From: Azolla caroliniana
Taxonomy: Eukaryota > Plantae > Polypodiophyta
Direction of reading: 5' to 3'
Length of the DNA: 64,000 bases
Assembly: GCA_043228905.1 (NCBI GenBank)
Contig: JBHGNT010000017.1
Coordinates: 3,224,001-3,288,000, forward strand
Shown here: in pieces, positions 46,407 through 59,579 of the stretch
Layout of the letters: each line of letters starts with the position of its first letter
Position numbering within the stretch: position 1 is the first letter of the stretch
Position numbers and translations under genes: made by a program
The notes under the pieces: generated by a model
Told to the model about the DNA's origin: nothing
The model's input: only the letters and a program-made list of their open reading frames with translations
The model's database searches: none

Positions 46407-49400
46407 CATTGTTTGCTAGACTCATTGATAGGTTCTCAATCATCTTTTGTATCATCATCATCTCTACTTATTATCTCCAACAAAGTGGTATCAGAGTGAC
46501 TTGCACTTTGGCAGCAACAGAAGCATAAACATGAGAAGAGAAGAAACGGCTAAAGGAAAGGACCAGGTCAACAAAATCTCACTTCCAATAGAACATGGCT
46601 TCAACATTTGACACAAGAGTAGAAATCTAAAAGTTCGATGGCAAAAACTTTGCCCTATGGAAGGAGATGATGCAGGATGTGCTGATCATCCGACATCAAA
46701 TCGAGGAAATATGGCACAATAACAAGCCAGCATCGATAACAACTGACAAATCACACTCATTGACCATTTGAATGCGTCTGGTTGAGAACATCTACTTCAG
46801 CATGGCCAAAGAGATGACGACATTTACCTTGTGGGAGAATCTCCAGGTCGTTTATGAAAAGAAATCCTCCTCATCAAAGCTCATATTGATCTGATATTTG
46901 TTCAATATCAAGATGAGAGAGACAGATCCAACGACCTCCCACATCAACACCTTCATACGGGTGTTATCCGAACTATCCTCGCAAGGGATTAACTTTGAAG
47001 AAGAAGTGAAAGCCCTTGCCCTACTTTTGAGCTTGCCGGCGAGTTGGGAGGTATTCTGCATGACATTCTCCATTAACTGCCTGAAGTTGAACTTGGACGA
47101 AACGATCGACTAAGTCCTCACTGAGGACATTCAGCGAAAATCAATGGGACTCACCATCGATGACTCGACAAAAGCCCCCTACTCGAGTGAGCCAGCCGGA
47201 AGAACTGACTGACGAACCAATCAGTCGAGCAGGAGGATCTATAATCAATAGTGGTCGAAGTCGAGGAATAGTTGATCAAGTGCTTTTTGCACCCATTGCA
47301 AAAAGTCTGGTCACAATGCCTCTGACTGTTGGTCAATCGCGAAGAAGGAGAACGGTTGGCGATTCAAACAGAATTCAAGACAATCCGATTCGAATCGTTC
47401 TCCAATTAGCAACCAAGTTAATGTTGTTGAATCCCGGTTGGGAGAAATCCTTTGCTTGGAATCGTCGACCAATGAAATCCTATACATCGCGCAAGACGAG
47501 CAAATGTGGCTACTGAACTCCAGAGCCACATTTTACGTAACCCCAACATCGAATGGTTTTCGAACTATACCACCGGAGCTGCCAACAATTCCAACTCGAC
47601 AATGGGTAGGAATGCAAAATCGTCAGAATTGATGAAGTACCAATTTGATAGCCAAATGGCAATACAATCATCTTGCACCAAGTCTGGCACGTACTCGCGT
47701 TGAAGAGTCTGGTTTTCATTGGTATGTTAGCCGAAGCCGGGTACAGAAGGACTCTCAGTGAGTCAACATGGACGATCAGCCGAGGAAATCTGAAAATCAG
47801 AAATGGATACAAGTACAATACCCACTACGAGATGGTAAAACAACCCTTACAGTTGGTCCACATAGATATATGTGGGCCAATGCCTGAAAGTTCACTAGGA
47901 GGCACTCGGTACTTCATCACATTCATAGATGACTATACACAAAAGTCCGGGCCTACTCGATTAGCTCGAAAGACGAAGCGCTCGAGGTCTTCACTCAGTG
48001 GATAGCAGAAGTGGAGAACCGATCAGGACATCGAGTGAAGACACTCCGATCCAACAATGGACAGGAATACACCTATCGAGCCTTCAAAGAACACCTCTTC
48101 GACAAAGGGATCTGACATCAAAAGACCGTTCCTTATACTCCCATGTAGAATGGCGTGGCGGAATGGATCAACCAGTCGATCTTGGAGAGGGTGACGCCTT
48201 CATACCTAGGGACAAAAGGACCAAGTTGCCACCCATGCAACAAACTGCATATTTCTTGGTTACAAAACCGATGGAGAATTCGGCTATAGGCTATGGGATC
48301 CAGAGAACCGGAAATTGATTTAGAGCAGTGACTTAGTCTTCAATGAAAACTCCATTCTGTTTCCCAACCCATCCCAGCCTAAGAGAAGTGGGAAAAAGGT
48401 ATGCCTTGATGAAGATACCGTAGAAGGATCGACCCACGATGCTTAGTCAGCAATTCGACAATTAGTCCAAATCGACCGAGCTAACAAAAACCTCGTCGAA
48501 TCCGAATCAGCCAGACTTCCACTAGTTAAATTCGATTCGACTAAGAGATTGACATTAGACGAAAACGATAGAGTCAAAATGACCAAGTTGCCCAAACAAG
48601 CTAAAGTGCCAAAAGACCGAGCCTAACCGGCCAAGGCACAAATACCTCTGTCAATTGATCCCGAAGAAGCGAGTCATCCCATAGGACTCTTGATGATGGT
48701 TCAAGAAATATAGATCAATCAACTGAGATCTCGGGACCCAAGAGATCCGGATGAGTTTGAAGGCCGATAAAGTTCTTTCAACTGGGTCTTAACAACATCA
48801 ACTACACAGCCGCAGGCAAACCAAGCTCTTACGAGGAAGCTTTAGCCGCTCCGGATGCCGACACATGGCTACATGTCATGAGATCCGAGATGGACTCGAT
48901 CCATCAACATCAAACATGGGAGTTGGTCGAACTACTAGCCGGAAGGAAGCCATTGCCCTGCAAATGGGTCTTCATATACAAATATGTATTAGACTCAGAG
49001 AAGTGAAAATACAAAGCTCAGATTGTCGCCAAAGGTTTCAAACAAGAACATGGGGTTGATTACCATGTGATATCCTCGGCGGTAGTCAAGATGACCACCC
49101 TGCGGCTCCTACTTGGAGTTGTAATGACAGATGACCTAGAGCTTAAGCAACTAGACGTAAAGACGACATTCGTACATGGAGATATGGAAGAAGACATCTA
49201 CATGTCTCAACTCGCAGGCTTCACAGCGATCGGGGAGGAAGGTCATCTCGTATATCGACTGAAGAAAATCCTTTATGTCTTAAAACAAGCGATGAGAATG
49301 TGGTATCAAAAGTTCAATACCTACATCCGACAGCTCAGCTACCACCGGTCCAACTCCGACCCATGTATGTATATTTGGCAATTGGCCGACAAGGCTCAGA

Positions 49401-50546
49401 TCTATCTTATCCTATATGTCGTTGACATGCTCATTGTAGGGAGCAACTGAGCAAACATCGAAAAATTAAAGTGGAGCCTTCACGACAAATTCGCGATGAA
49501 GGAATTTGGATAAGCCTGACACATATTGTGCATGAGGATCGAGCAAAATCAGACGACAAAGACGCTCCGACTCTCCCAACCCGATTACATTCAAAAGGTG
49601 TTAAAGAGCTTCAACATGGAGAACGCGAAGCCAACATGGAGAACGCGAAGCCAACATTGACTTCATTTCTGATGTCGATTTGACTATCGGATAGAGACTC
49701 TCCCTCGACGGATGAGGAGAGAGAGCTCAATAGGAAGATACCTTACACAACGGCCATAGGAAGTATCATGTACGTGATGGTGGCGACCCGACCAGACCTT
49801 GCATATTCCATAGGAGTTGTGAGTCGGTACCTGTCGAACCTAGGACAAAAGCATTAGGAGGCCGTTAAGCACATCTTTAGGTATCTGAGAGGAACCAAGG
49901 ATGCATAGTTGACTTTCGGATCGACAAATCCAACCGAAGTCGAAGACTATACTGACTCCGACTACGCCAGAAATTTGGATAATCAGAAGCTGAAATTAGG
50001 CTACCTTTCGACATATGGTGGTGGCGCCATATCATGGAGGTTGAAACTTCAAGAGTGCATGACCCTATCAACCATAGAGGCCGAGTACATTGTTGCGTCG
50101 GACTCAACGAAGGAAGCAATCTAGCTGCACCAACTATCGGTCGATTTTTCGACTACAAGCCAAATTGATCATCCAACACCAACCATCAATTGCGACTCAC
50201 AATGCGCAATTCACCTTATTAGGAATCTTGTTCACCATGCGAAGATGAAACATATTGAGGTGCAGTTTCATCATATACGGGAGCTTGTAATAGAAACATA
50301 TTGAGGTGCGGTTTCATCATATACAGAGAAGAAGCTCGAAGTCCGGAAGATTGACACCGAGGTTAATATCGTCAATTGCTTGACGAAGCCACTCCTAGAA
50401 CAACGCTTCGGAGCACTAAGGACAATTATGGGACTACAACAAGAGATTGAGCATAAGAGAGCTGAAAGAGGAGAAGAAGGTAAGCCGAAGACCGACCCGA
50501 TCAAACGAGCTGAAAAGGCAAAGTCCATAGAATCGTAATGCCAAGA
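46407..50546 (+). mobile_element. Element J: old, heavily decayed Ty1/copia
   Basis: LTR end at 46482, PBS TGGTATCAGAG at 46486. Fragments of gag (LLLSLPASWE), INT (VHIDICGPM), RT (VVKMTTLR, LYVVDM) and RH. Cut near its PPT by K. Confidence 0.85.
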
Positions 50547-53266
50547 TGTTAAGAGTCTATTACTAATCAATAGACCAAACTAAAGTAAAAGAAGGAAAAT
50601 AGAATGGATAGAAGAACCTGTTCCACCCGACCACCCCCGAGCTATGATCTAGACATAGTCAACCTACCACCGACGTCCCATACTGCCGTATATTAGGATG
50701 ACTAATACCTTGGAAGAGATAAACACGATCATCGAGACGAAAGCGTAGCCCACACCACCGGTGTCTAAGACAACAGCCTTCCGACGTAATGTCCTTATGA
50801 GGGTAGCTAAGCCTCATATTTATACCTTTTCCTAGGCCCCTTGAATAGATGTTTCTTTCTAAAAGGCTCTCCATTCATTGCTTGTCCAAATCATGATAGT
50901 GCATGCACCTATCATTCCTTCTATCCAATCATTAGTCCCCTTTTTAACATTAGTGAACATACCCTTCACTAATGTAAATATTGGTGACCTACCCTCACCA
51001 ACGTTATGTGTACAGAACATACTCCCCTACTTCAAAAGATTGCACTCTTGCAATATAAAGTGAGGAAATTGTGCCTTAAGAGTATGCTCGCGTTCCCATG
51101 TGGCATCATCAATAGGTTTATCCATCCATTTGATCTTGAATAGCCGAATCTCTTTAGAATGTAAACGTTTAGTATGAGAATCAAGAATTCGTTCAGGAAC
51201 ATGAGTTTGCAAGAAAAATCCTCTAATGTTACAAGATCTTGGATTGTGATGGTGTTATCACCAGAGGCTTAAAATGGTTTTAGATGACTAACGTGAAAAA
51301 CATGATGAATACCAACATTACGGGGTAAGGCAAGGTGATAAGCAGATGACCCAACCTGCTTAAGGATTTCAAATGGGCCACAATATCGTGGGGCTAACTT
51401 AGCACACTTGCCCGTAGACAATGACGTAGAGTCGATTGGGACACGCAAAAAAACTTTTTGACCAATAGTAAATGCACGAGGACGTCTATCCTTATCGACA
51501 TAAAATCAAGCACGATCTTGAGCCGTCTTGACATTCTCTTTGGCAATATGTAACATTTGGTTCATGTCTTGCAAAAAATTGCGTGTATTGTCTAATGTAT
51601 CACGATGAATCGTGACATCAACTGGGGCACATGGCTGAAAACCATACATCAACATAAAAGGACTATATCCAGTGGATGTATGTTAGAGCTATTATAGGCA
51701 AATTCTAAGAGAGGAAGGTATTGCTCCCACTTAGAAGGGGTTTTTGCTACATAAGCTTGAAGCATGTCCTCAATCATTTGATTAACTCGTTCAGTTTGTC
51801 CATCAGACTGAGGATGATCTACAGAACTCATGCTCAACGTAGTTTCTAGTTTCTTAAAGACCTGAGTCCAAAAGTCACTAGTAAAGTTGGAATCTCGATC
51901 ACTAACAATATCCATCGGTAATCCATAAAACTGAAATAACTCATCGACAAATTGATAAGCCAATTGTTGAGCGGTTGCCGTGGTTTTCATAGGAATAAAT
52001 CTAGCCAATTTTGTTAGTCTGTCAACGACAACCCAAATGGCATCATGACCCCTCTGTGTATGAGGTAAACTAACAATAAAATCCATCGAGATACTTTCCC
52101 ATTTGTTGTCCAGAATATCTAAGGGATGTAAAAGACCCGCAACTTTAAGTCGTTCCGACTTATTAATCTGACATTGTAAGCATTGAGTTACGTATTTATG
52201 CACGTAAGAGTGCATCTTAGGCCAGAAAAAAGTACACGAGATGAGAACGAGTGTGCGTTGTATTCCAGGATGACCAGCAGATGGTGCATCATGACATTCA
52301 TGAATAATTTTCTGTTTTACGTTTGGTAAATCTAGAACACAGACCTTTCCACTATGGTAGAGCAAACCGTTTGTAATGTGAAAGGTTGCCTTCGAGGGTA
52401 GGGTGCTAGTATCAGCATCTAAACCATATTCGACTTTCGTCCAATATTTCAAAAAATAACTGTCATCAAGGTATTTCCCTCGAAGGTGATCTAAAAGAGC
52501 ATCCACAACAGTGTTCATAGAACCCTTGCGGTACCATATGGAAAAATCAAAATCTTGCATAAGGTCAGACCAATGGCCTTTACGACCAACAAGATCTGGC
52601 TGGTCACAAAAATACTTCAATGATTGATGGTCTGTTGTAACCACAAATTTATTTCCATAGAGATAGTGCCTCCATGTTTTAAGTGCATGTATTACCACAA
52701 ACAACTCTTTCTCTTGAATCGAATACTGAGATTGAGCAGCATCAAGCTTCTTACTTTCAGAAACAATAGGGTGACCGCCTTGATAAAGAACAACACCAAT
52801 CGCATAATCACTAGCATCGATTTCAATTGAGAAAGGCTTAGAAGGGTTCGGTCATAGAAGAGTGGGAACCTAACACACATGCTCTTCGAGTGTCTCAAAT
52901 GATTTGTCAAGTTGTTCATTCCATGCAATTGGTTTGACAGACTTACATGGATGACCTTTTAAAAGGTCAGTTAATGGCGTAGTCAATTTGGAATTGTTAC
53001 GAATTGATTTTCGTAAAAATCCAACAAACCCTAAGAATGATCGTAGTTCACAAATATTACGAGGAATGGGCCAAAGTTTAACCTTTTCAATACGAGAAGG
53101 TTCAATTTCAACACCATTTTCCGTAATTAAATGACCTAGGTACACAATAGATTTTTGGAAAAAATCACATTTTGAATATTTTGCATAGAAAGAGTTGTCA
53201 CACAACTTTTGCAAAACAAATCGAACATGTTGAACGTGATCTTGCAAGGTACGGCTATATATCAAT
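50547..53266 (-). mobile_element. Element K: 3' half of a plant-type chromovirus (RT end, RH, INT, chromodomain, 3' LTR 50547-51019)
   Basis: INT WESISMDFI / DGQTERVNQ, chromodomain PERILDS..IKW..ATWE lacking the first cage residue, PPT GAAGTAGGGGAG. No matching second LTR, so the LTR boundary is inferred. Confidence 0.85.
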
Positions 53267-56200
53267 GCTATTGGTCGAAGAAAACCACGTGCGTACAAGG
53301 AGCAATGAGTCGGAAGGTCACATGCTCTACACGCACTCAAATGGAGGAAGAGGACGCGGACGAACGAGAGGCCGATTCGGCCAAAGACAAGGCGGACGAG
53401 GTTCGACCTACGACAACAACTCCCAATTTCGGCCGCAAAATGGAAGCCAACGAGGAACCTTCGCAAGAAGGGGGAGCTTCCACTCCGGCCCGAGCCGTCA
53501 AAACGCAACCGAATGCGGATATTGCGGAAATCTCGGCCACCACAAAGAAGAGTGCCGAAAGAAGATGCACGAAATGGCTTCCACAAGCCAACAACTCACG
53601 AATTACGCGCACAACTCCGACTACGAAGATTGTGGCGGAATGTATGCACACAACTCCGACCGTGGCGGAATGTTCATGATGAAACATAGAGAAAACTCTA
53701 TGTCGTCCTCTACCTCAACTACTGCCTCCGGTCCGGAAGACGTATGGTTCGTCGATTCCGGTGCCTCGAACCATATGACATCGCATCAAGAATGGTTCCA
53801 TGAACTTCGAGAGCCGGACCGACCTGGCTATGTCGAAACTGGAGATGACACTATCCACCCGATTTGGCACATCGGCAATGTTCTGTTCGGAAAAGAAGGT
53901 AAGCAAAATTACATTAAAAATGTCCTGCATGTACCGACCATTACGAAGAATTTGGTCTCCGTCGGCCAAATTGTAGAGCAAGGGATGCAAGTTCAATTTA
54001 ATCAAGGTGGTTGCTTCATCGAAAAAGAGGGCCGACTCATCGCACGCAGACAAAGAGAGGGCCAAATGTTCATTCTCGACTCACACGAGATGAAATCGGC
54101 CATGTTCGCAAAGGGCATAAAAGCCGACTCCAACATAGAGTTATGGCACAAGTAGATTGGCCATATAAATCTCCAAAAGCTCAAAGCAATGAAATCGAAA
54201 GGAGTCGTCATCGGACTCCCAACATTCAAAGAGAAGGAGATTGAAGGTGTATGCGAAGCGTGCCAATTCGGCAAGCAACACCGACACCCATTCCCAAAAG
54301 AGTGGAACATGAGCAAAGGTCTACTCGACGTAGTCCATTCCGACGTATGGGGACCGGCGCAGACGGCTACATTCGGCGGATGTCGATATTACGTTCTCTT
54401 CATCGATGACTTCTCTAGGCACAGTTGGATCTACCCGATGCGGCAAAAGAGAGAAGTGTTTGGACACTTCCAAACATTCAAGAATGAAGTCGAGAAAGCC
54501 ACGGGCCGACATGTACGTTGTCTTCGATCGGATGGCGGCAAGGAGTACTTCTCGGACAATTTTATGGCGTATCTCTGAAAGGAAGGAATTCGGCGAGAAT
54601 TCACTTGCCGACACACTCCGCAACAAAATAGAGTAGCCGAGCGCAAAAATCGGCACATCCTCGAAGTAGTGCGGGCAATGATGAATGAGAAGCATATGCC
54701 CAAGTCTTATTGGGCCGAAGCTGCAAATACAACCGTCTACCTAATGAACCGGTGCACAACATCCGGCGTGCACGAGTTCACTCCGCACGAAAGATTCTTC
54801 GGAAAGAAACCGAACCTATCACATGTTCGGATATTCGGCTCCATTGCATACGTGCACATCCCCGACGAGAAGCGTCAAAAGCTCGACCCGAAGTCGGAGA
54901 AATGTATCCTCGTAGGATACTCATTGGAGTAAAAGGGGTACAAGTGCTACAACCCCTCAACTCGAAAATCTCGCGTAAGTCGAGACGTCGTTTTTGACGA
55001 GTCCGCATCCTGGTATGCACCAAAGACAACTCCAATTCCCACTCCACTCGACTCGGAATCCACCGAACAAGAGATAGAGGATGAAGATCACATTACGCGC
55101 ATGTTCGAAGAAAGTCCAATCACGACCCGACTGAGCGGACCACAAGAGCCTTTGAGCGATCAAAGCACATCAAGGCCTAGCCCGAAGATGGACAAAGGCA
55201 AGGCGAAAATGGCAGAATACGCAGACGATCGCTTCGACGACAATGAGTCGACTCACTCACTCGATAGTGAGTTCGGCGGCTTCGATGTACCAATCAGAGC
55301 TAAGAAAGCCCTCATCTCTGCTAATGAAAAGCTCTATCGCTCCACCCGTGAAAAGAATCCGGTCAGCCGATTCGGCTACAATGACTACATGGCATATCAC
55401 TATGCCTTTATGATGAAGGTGGCGACAGTACGTGAGGCGAAAACATTTTCCAAAGCAGCCAAGGATCCGCGATGGATCGAAGCCATGAATGAGGAGATGC
55501 AGGCACTACGCAAGAATGAGACATGGGATCTCGTTCCCACCTCACCACACAAAAAGGTGATCAGATGTAGATGGATTTACAAAGTGAAGTACAACGTCGA
55601 CGGTTCCATCAACCGCTACAAAGCGTGACTCGTAGCAAAAGGTTACGCCCAAACTCACGGAGTTGACTACGAGGAGACCTTTGCCCCGGTGGCAAAGATG
55701 ACTATGGTGCACACCGTAATTGCGCTTGCTGCGGCGAAAGGGTGGCACCTCCATCAAATGTACGTCAAGAACGCCTTTCTACAAGGCGAATTAGAAGAGG
55801 AGGTGTACATGATACAACCACCCGGCTTCAACTCGAGCACCCATCCGAAAGTTGTATGCCGACTCTAGAAGCCACTCTACGGCCTCAAGCAAGCACCGCG
55901 TGCTTGGCATTCGAAGATAACGCAATATCTTCATCAAATCGGCTTCCGTATGTCAAAATCGAACAACTCCCTCTACATACGAAGCGATTCCGCAAGTCCG
56001 ATCGTCATCATCTTATATGTGGATGACCTAGTCATTGGAGGTGAGCATCTCGTCGAAATCAATAAGGTCAAATCCCTCCTTTCCGACAAGTTCGAGATGA
56101 CGGACATGAAGGAGCTCCACTACTTCCTCGGCATTGAGTTACTTCGGACTCCGGCCGGAATCATGATCTCTCAACGGCACTACATCCTCAACTTGTTTAA

Positions 56201-57589
56201 CAAGTTTGGTATGGCTAAGTGCAAATCCGTGGCAACCCCGCTCGATCGCAATCTCAAACTAGATGCGAACTCCAACACTAAAGCGTGTGAGCCGACTCAG
56301 TATCGGCAACTCATCGGGAGTCTCATCTACCTCACGATCACACGAGCCGATCTCAGTTATCCGGTCGGTCTCCTTAGCCAATTCATGCAAACACCGCGTG
56401 ATACTCACTTGGATTGCGCTAAGCAAGTTCTACGATACGTGAGCGGCACAATGGATTGCGGCATCCTCTACAAGACCGCGATGCCAATACGACTCAAGGG
56501 ATACACAGACACCGATTGGGCCGGCTACAAAGCCAATAGAAGATCAACCTCTGGATTTGTTTTTTCCCTCGGCAGCGGAGCAATATCCTGCAGTAGCAAA
56601 AAGCAACCACCCGTCGCTCTTTTGAGCATAGAGGCAAAATACAGGGGTGCGGCAGTGGCCGCATGTGAAGCCGTATGGCTCAAGAGGATTTTGAAGGATC
56701 TGGGTGTTCCCATCAAGGATCTGACTCTCCTTTACTGCGACAACATGAGCAATATTTATTTGGCTCAGAACCCGGTGTTCCACGCGCGGACAAAGCACAT
56801 CGAAGTGCATTATCACTTCATCCGAGAGCGCGTTCTAGCTGGCGATGTCGACCTACAACACATTCGCACCAATCTTCAAACGGCCGACATCTTCACTAAA
56901 GCTTTAGGAGCCGACAAGCTATGGCAATTCATGACCGATCTCGGATTGACGATTCCTGACCTGCCAAACTTGAGGGGGAGTACGCAAGACACTACGCAAT
57001 CGCAATAACGCGTAGATTCCACAACCACGCAAAGCCGCGAAGAAAGCCGCAAGCCGAAGCACAGACTTCGCAACTACGCACAACACAAGCTAGAGCATGG
57101 ATTCCGCAACTCCGCATAAATGCAAATTGATGCGAGTCGACGCGGACTCCGGAACGTGAGTCGAAGAGTATTTTGGATACCGTCTGAAACCGACCCGACT
57201 TTAGCTTGAGGGGGCGTGTTGAGAATCAAGCTCAACTTGTTCTATTGTGTGAACTCACCCTGAGAGTGAATAGACACTCCAACGGTCAAGAGTCACCACT
57301 ATGTCACCACTTTGTATTCTTGCATTTAGTATGAGTCATAAAATCATATTCTATGACACATAACTTATGAGCTTTCACATTCCCCATGCTCCATGTGTCT
57401 TGTAGTTAATGAAGAGAGAGGGTGACTATATAAAGCACCCTCCTCCCACCTTGTATAGTGTTGAGTCTTTCTCCTTTGTTAATACAATCTACCTTGCGTA
57501 TACTTTGTGTCTTACTCCTTGTCTCTCTCTCTCTCTCTCACTCTCTCTCTCTCATACACACACATAGTTCACACCTATTTCGCTTCACA
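53261..57589 (+). mobile_element. Element L: 5'-truncated Ty1/copia related to the B family; 3' LTR 57217-57589
   Basis: SMLLVEENH, CGYCGNLGHHKEEC, WFVDSGASNHM, HSDVWGP, LYVDDL, HARTKHIEVHY. PPT TTGAGGGGGCG. Confidence 0.9.
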
Positions 57590-59120
57590 AGAATCCATCT
57601 CTTGATTCTTTACAAGAAACAACAAATATCATTATGCGTGAAGTATTTCACCATCATGGTCTTCCAAACGACATAATTAGTGATAGTGGACCGCAATTTA
57701 TCTCTCACTTTTGGAAGCACCTATGTGACGGGCTCCGAATCTCTTGCAAACACTCTTCAACATATCATCCCGAAACTGATGACCAAACAGAGCGCACAAA
57801 TCAAACACTTGAGTAGTATCTTCGATGTTTCATCAGTTATCAACAAGATGATTGGAGTCATATATTGCATCTTGCAAATTTTGCATACAATAACACCATA
57901 CACTCTTCTACCAAGGTCACACCTTTCTATGCCTATACTGGCAACCATCCTCGATGGTGTCTCTTGGACATTCCAGTGATCTCACCAAACCCTAGTGCAG
58001 AGCAACACCTCCACTGACTACAACACCTTCAGTCTGAGTTGTCTTCACATCTTCAAAAAGCTCAAGCCCAACATAAGGCCCATGCAGATCAACATCGTCT
58101 TCCGTCTCCATTCAAGGTTGATGATCGGGTATGGTTGTTACGCCGTCACATAAAGACTACTCAACCGTGTGATAAACTAGATTACAAATTCTTGGGTCCT
58201 TTTGTCATCATGAAGCAGATTAATGATGCAACATTCCGTCTTGATCTTCCTGCAAGTTTGCAGCTTCATCCAGTCTTTCACATCTCTCTTTTGGAACCTT
58301 ACCACACCAGCTCAATTCCCAATCGTGTCGTGCCACCACCGCCTCCTCTCCAACTTGTTGATGGCCCAAAGTATGAGGTAGCCTCCATTCTTGATTCAAA
58401 GTTTGTGCGCAATAAGTTGTATTATCTAGTTGATTGGCTAGGCTATATCAATTCCCAATCGTGTCGTGCCGCCACCGCCTCCTCTCCAACTTGCTGATGG
58501 CCCAAAGTATGAGGTAGCCTCCATTCTTGATTCAAAGTTTGTGTGCAATAAGTTGTATTATCTAGTTGATTGGCTAGGCTATACTCCGAGTGATCGCACA
58601 TGGGAACCTGTCAATAATGTTTGTAATGTTCAAGCTCTTATTGACGACTTCCATCGTCGGTATCCCAACAAACCTGGCCCTGCATTGTTAACAACTCCTT
58701 CCACTCGTCGTTTTAAAAGGAGAGATAGTGTCATGAATTCGTAAACATTATGTGGCTTCACTTGGGCTTGAACCCAAGACCTTGTAATACATAATCAAGA
58801 ACCTAACCATTAAGATAGCATATGATTATATAAAATAATAAAAACTACTTCTTGTAATAGATTGATATTGTAAATGTTCTAGAACATTCTAGAACATTAT
58901 AGAAATCACTAGGTTATTCTATAGGAACCTATAAATATGGACATACAATTCTTCTCAAAACCAATTCGAATCAACACCGGTCTTAAGTTCTCATCACCTA
59001 TCTTGTATCCATTCTTATTCTACTTTAATACATTCATTCTTCTCTTATCATTTCATTCCTCTTCTTGTGATCTCTTTATATATTTCTTCTATCACTTTAC
59101 CTTCTCTCTTTGTTCTGACA
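57590..59120 (+). mobile_element. Element M: 3' part of a second Tcn1-like chromovirus family (INT, chromodomain, LTR 58729-59120)
   Basis: Homologous to F INT and chromodomain, but with a different LTR (TGTCATGAATTC...TTCTGACA). 136-bp tandem duplication at 58312-58583. Confidence 0.88.
58754..58822 (-). promoter_or_regulatory. tRNA-derived A/B-box-like module in the M LTR
   Basis: Minus strand TATCTTAATGG, 32 nt ending AAGGTCTTG, then GGTTCAAGCCC. Confidence 0.55.
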
Positions 59121-59530
59121 ATAACCCTCGAACAAAACAAGTTCGAGTGAGCCGAGATGTCGAATTTGATGAGTCGGCATCATGGTACTCTCTACCGACT
59201 CTGATGTCCGACTCCGACCCGATTTCGGAGGATGAGGCTGTCATGATATGGCAAGACTCGAACCCATGACCTTATGTTATATGGGTCGAGCTCTTGACCA
59301 TTATACCATCTATTGTAATACGTAATATATTATTTTCATTTAAGTTTTATTATAGGAAATTAATGTATATTCCAGATTTCTCTGGAACATTCTAGAAGCT
59401 TCAGGATTACTCCTGAGAACACTATAAAAGAAGGCACTAGGCATTATTTTGAACCAAATTGGTTCAACGCCAGTCTTAAGCCTCATAGCCCTTTTGTACT
59501 TGCTCTTCACATAATATATCCTCTGCTATC

Positions 59531-59579
<49 letters not shown>

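Noticed and set aside
53172-54155. Novel fusion gene
   Set aside because: The first ~30 codons are antisense K RT read through the deletion junction into L gag-PR.
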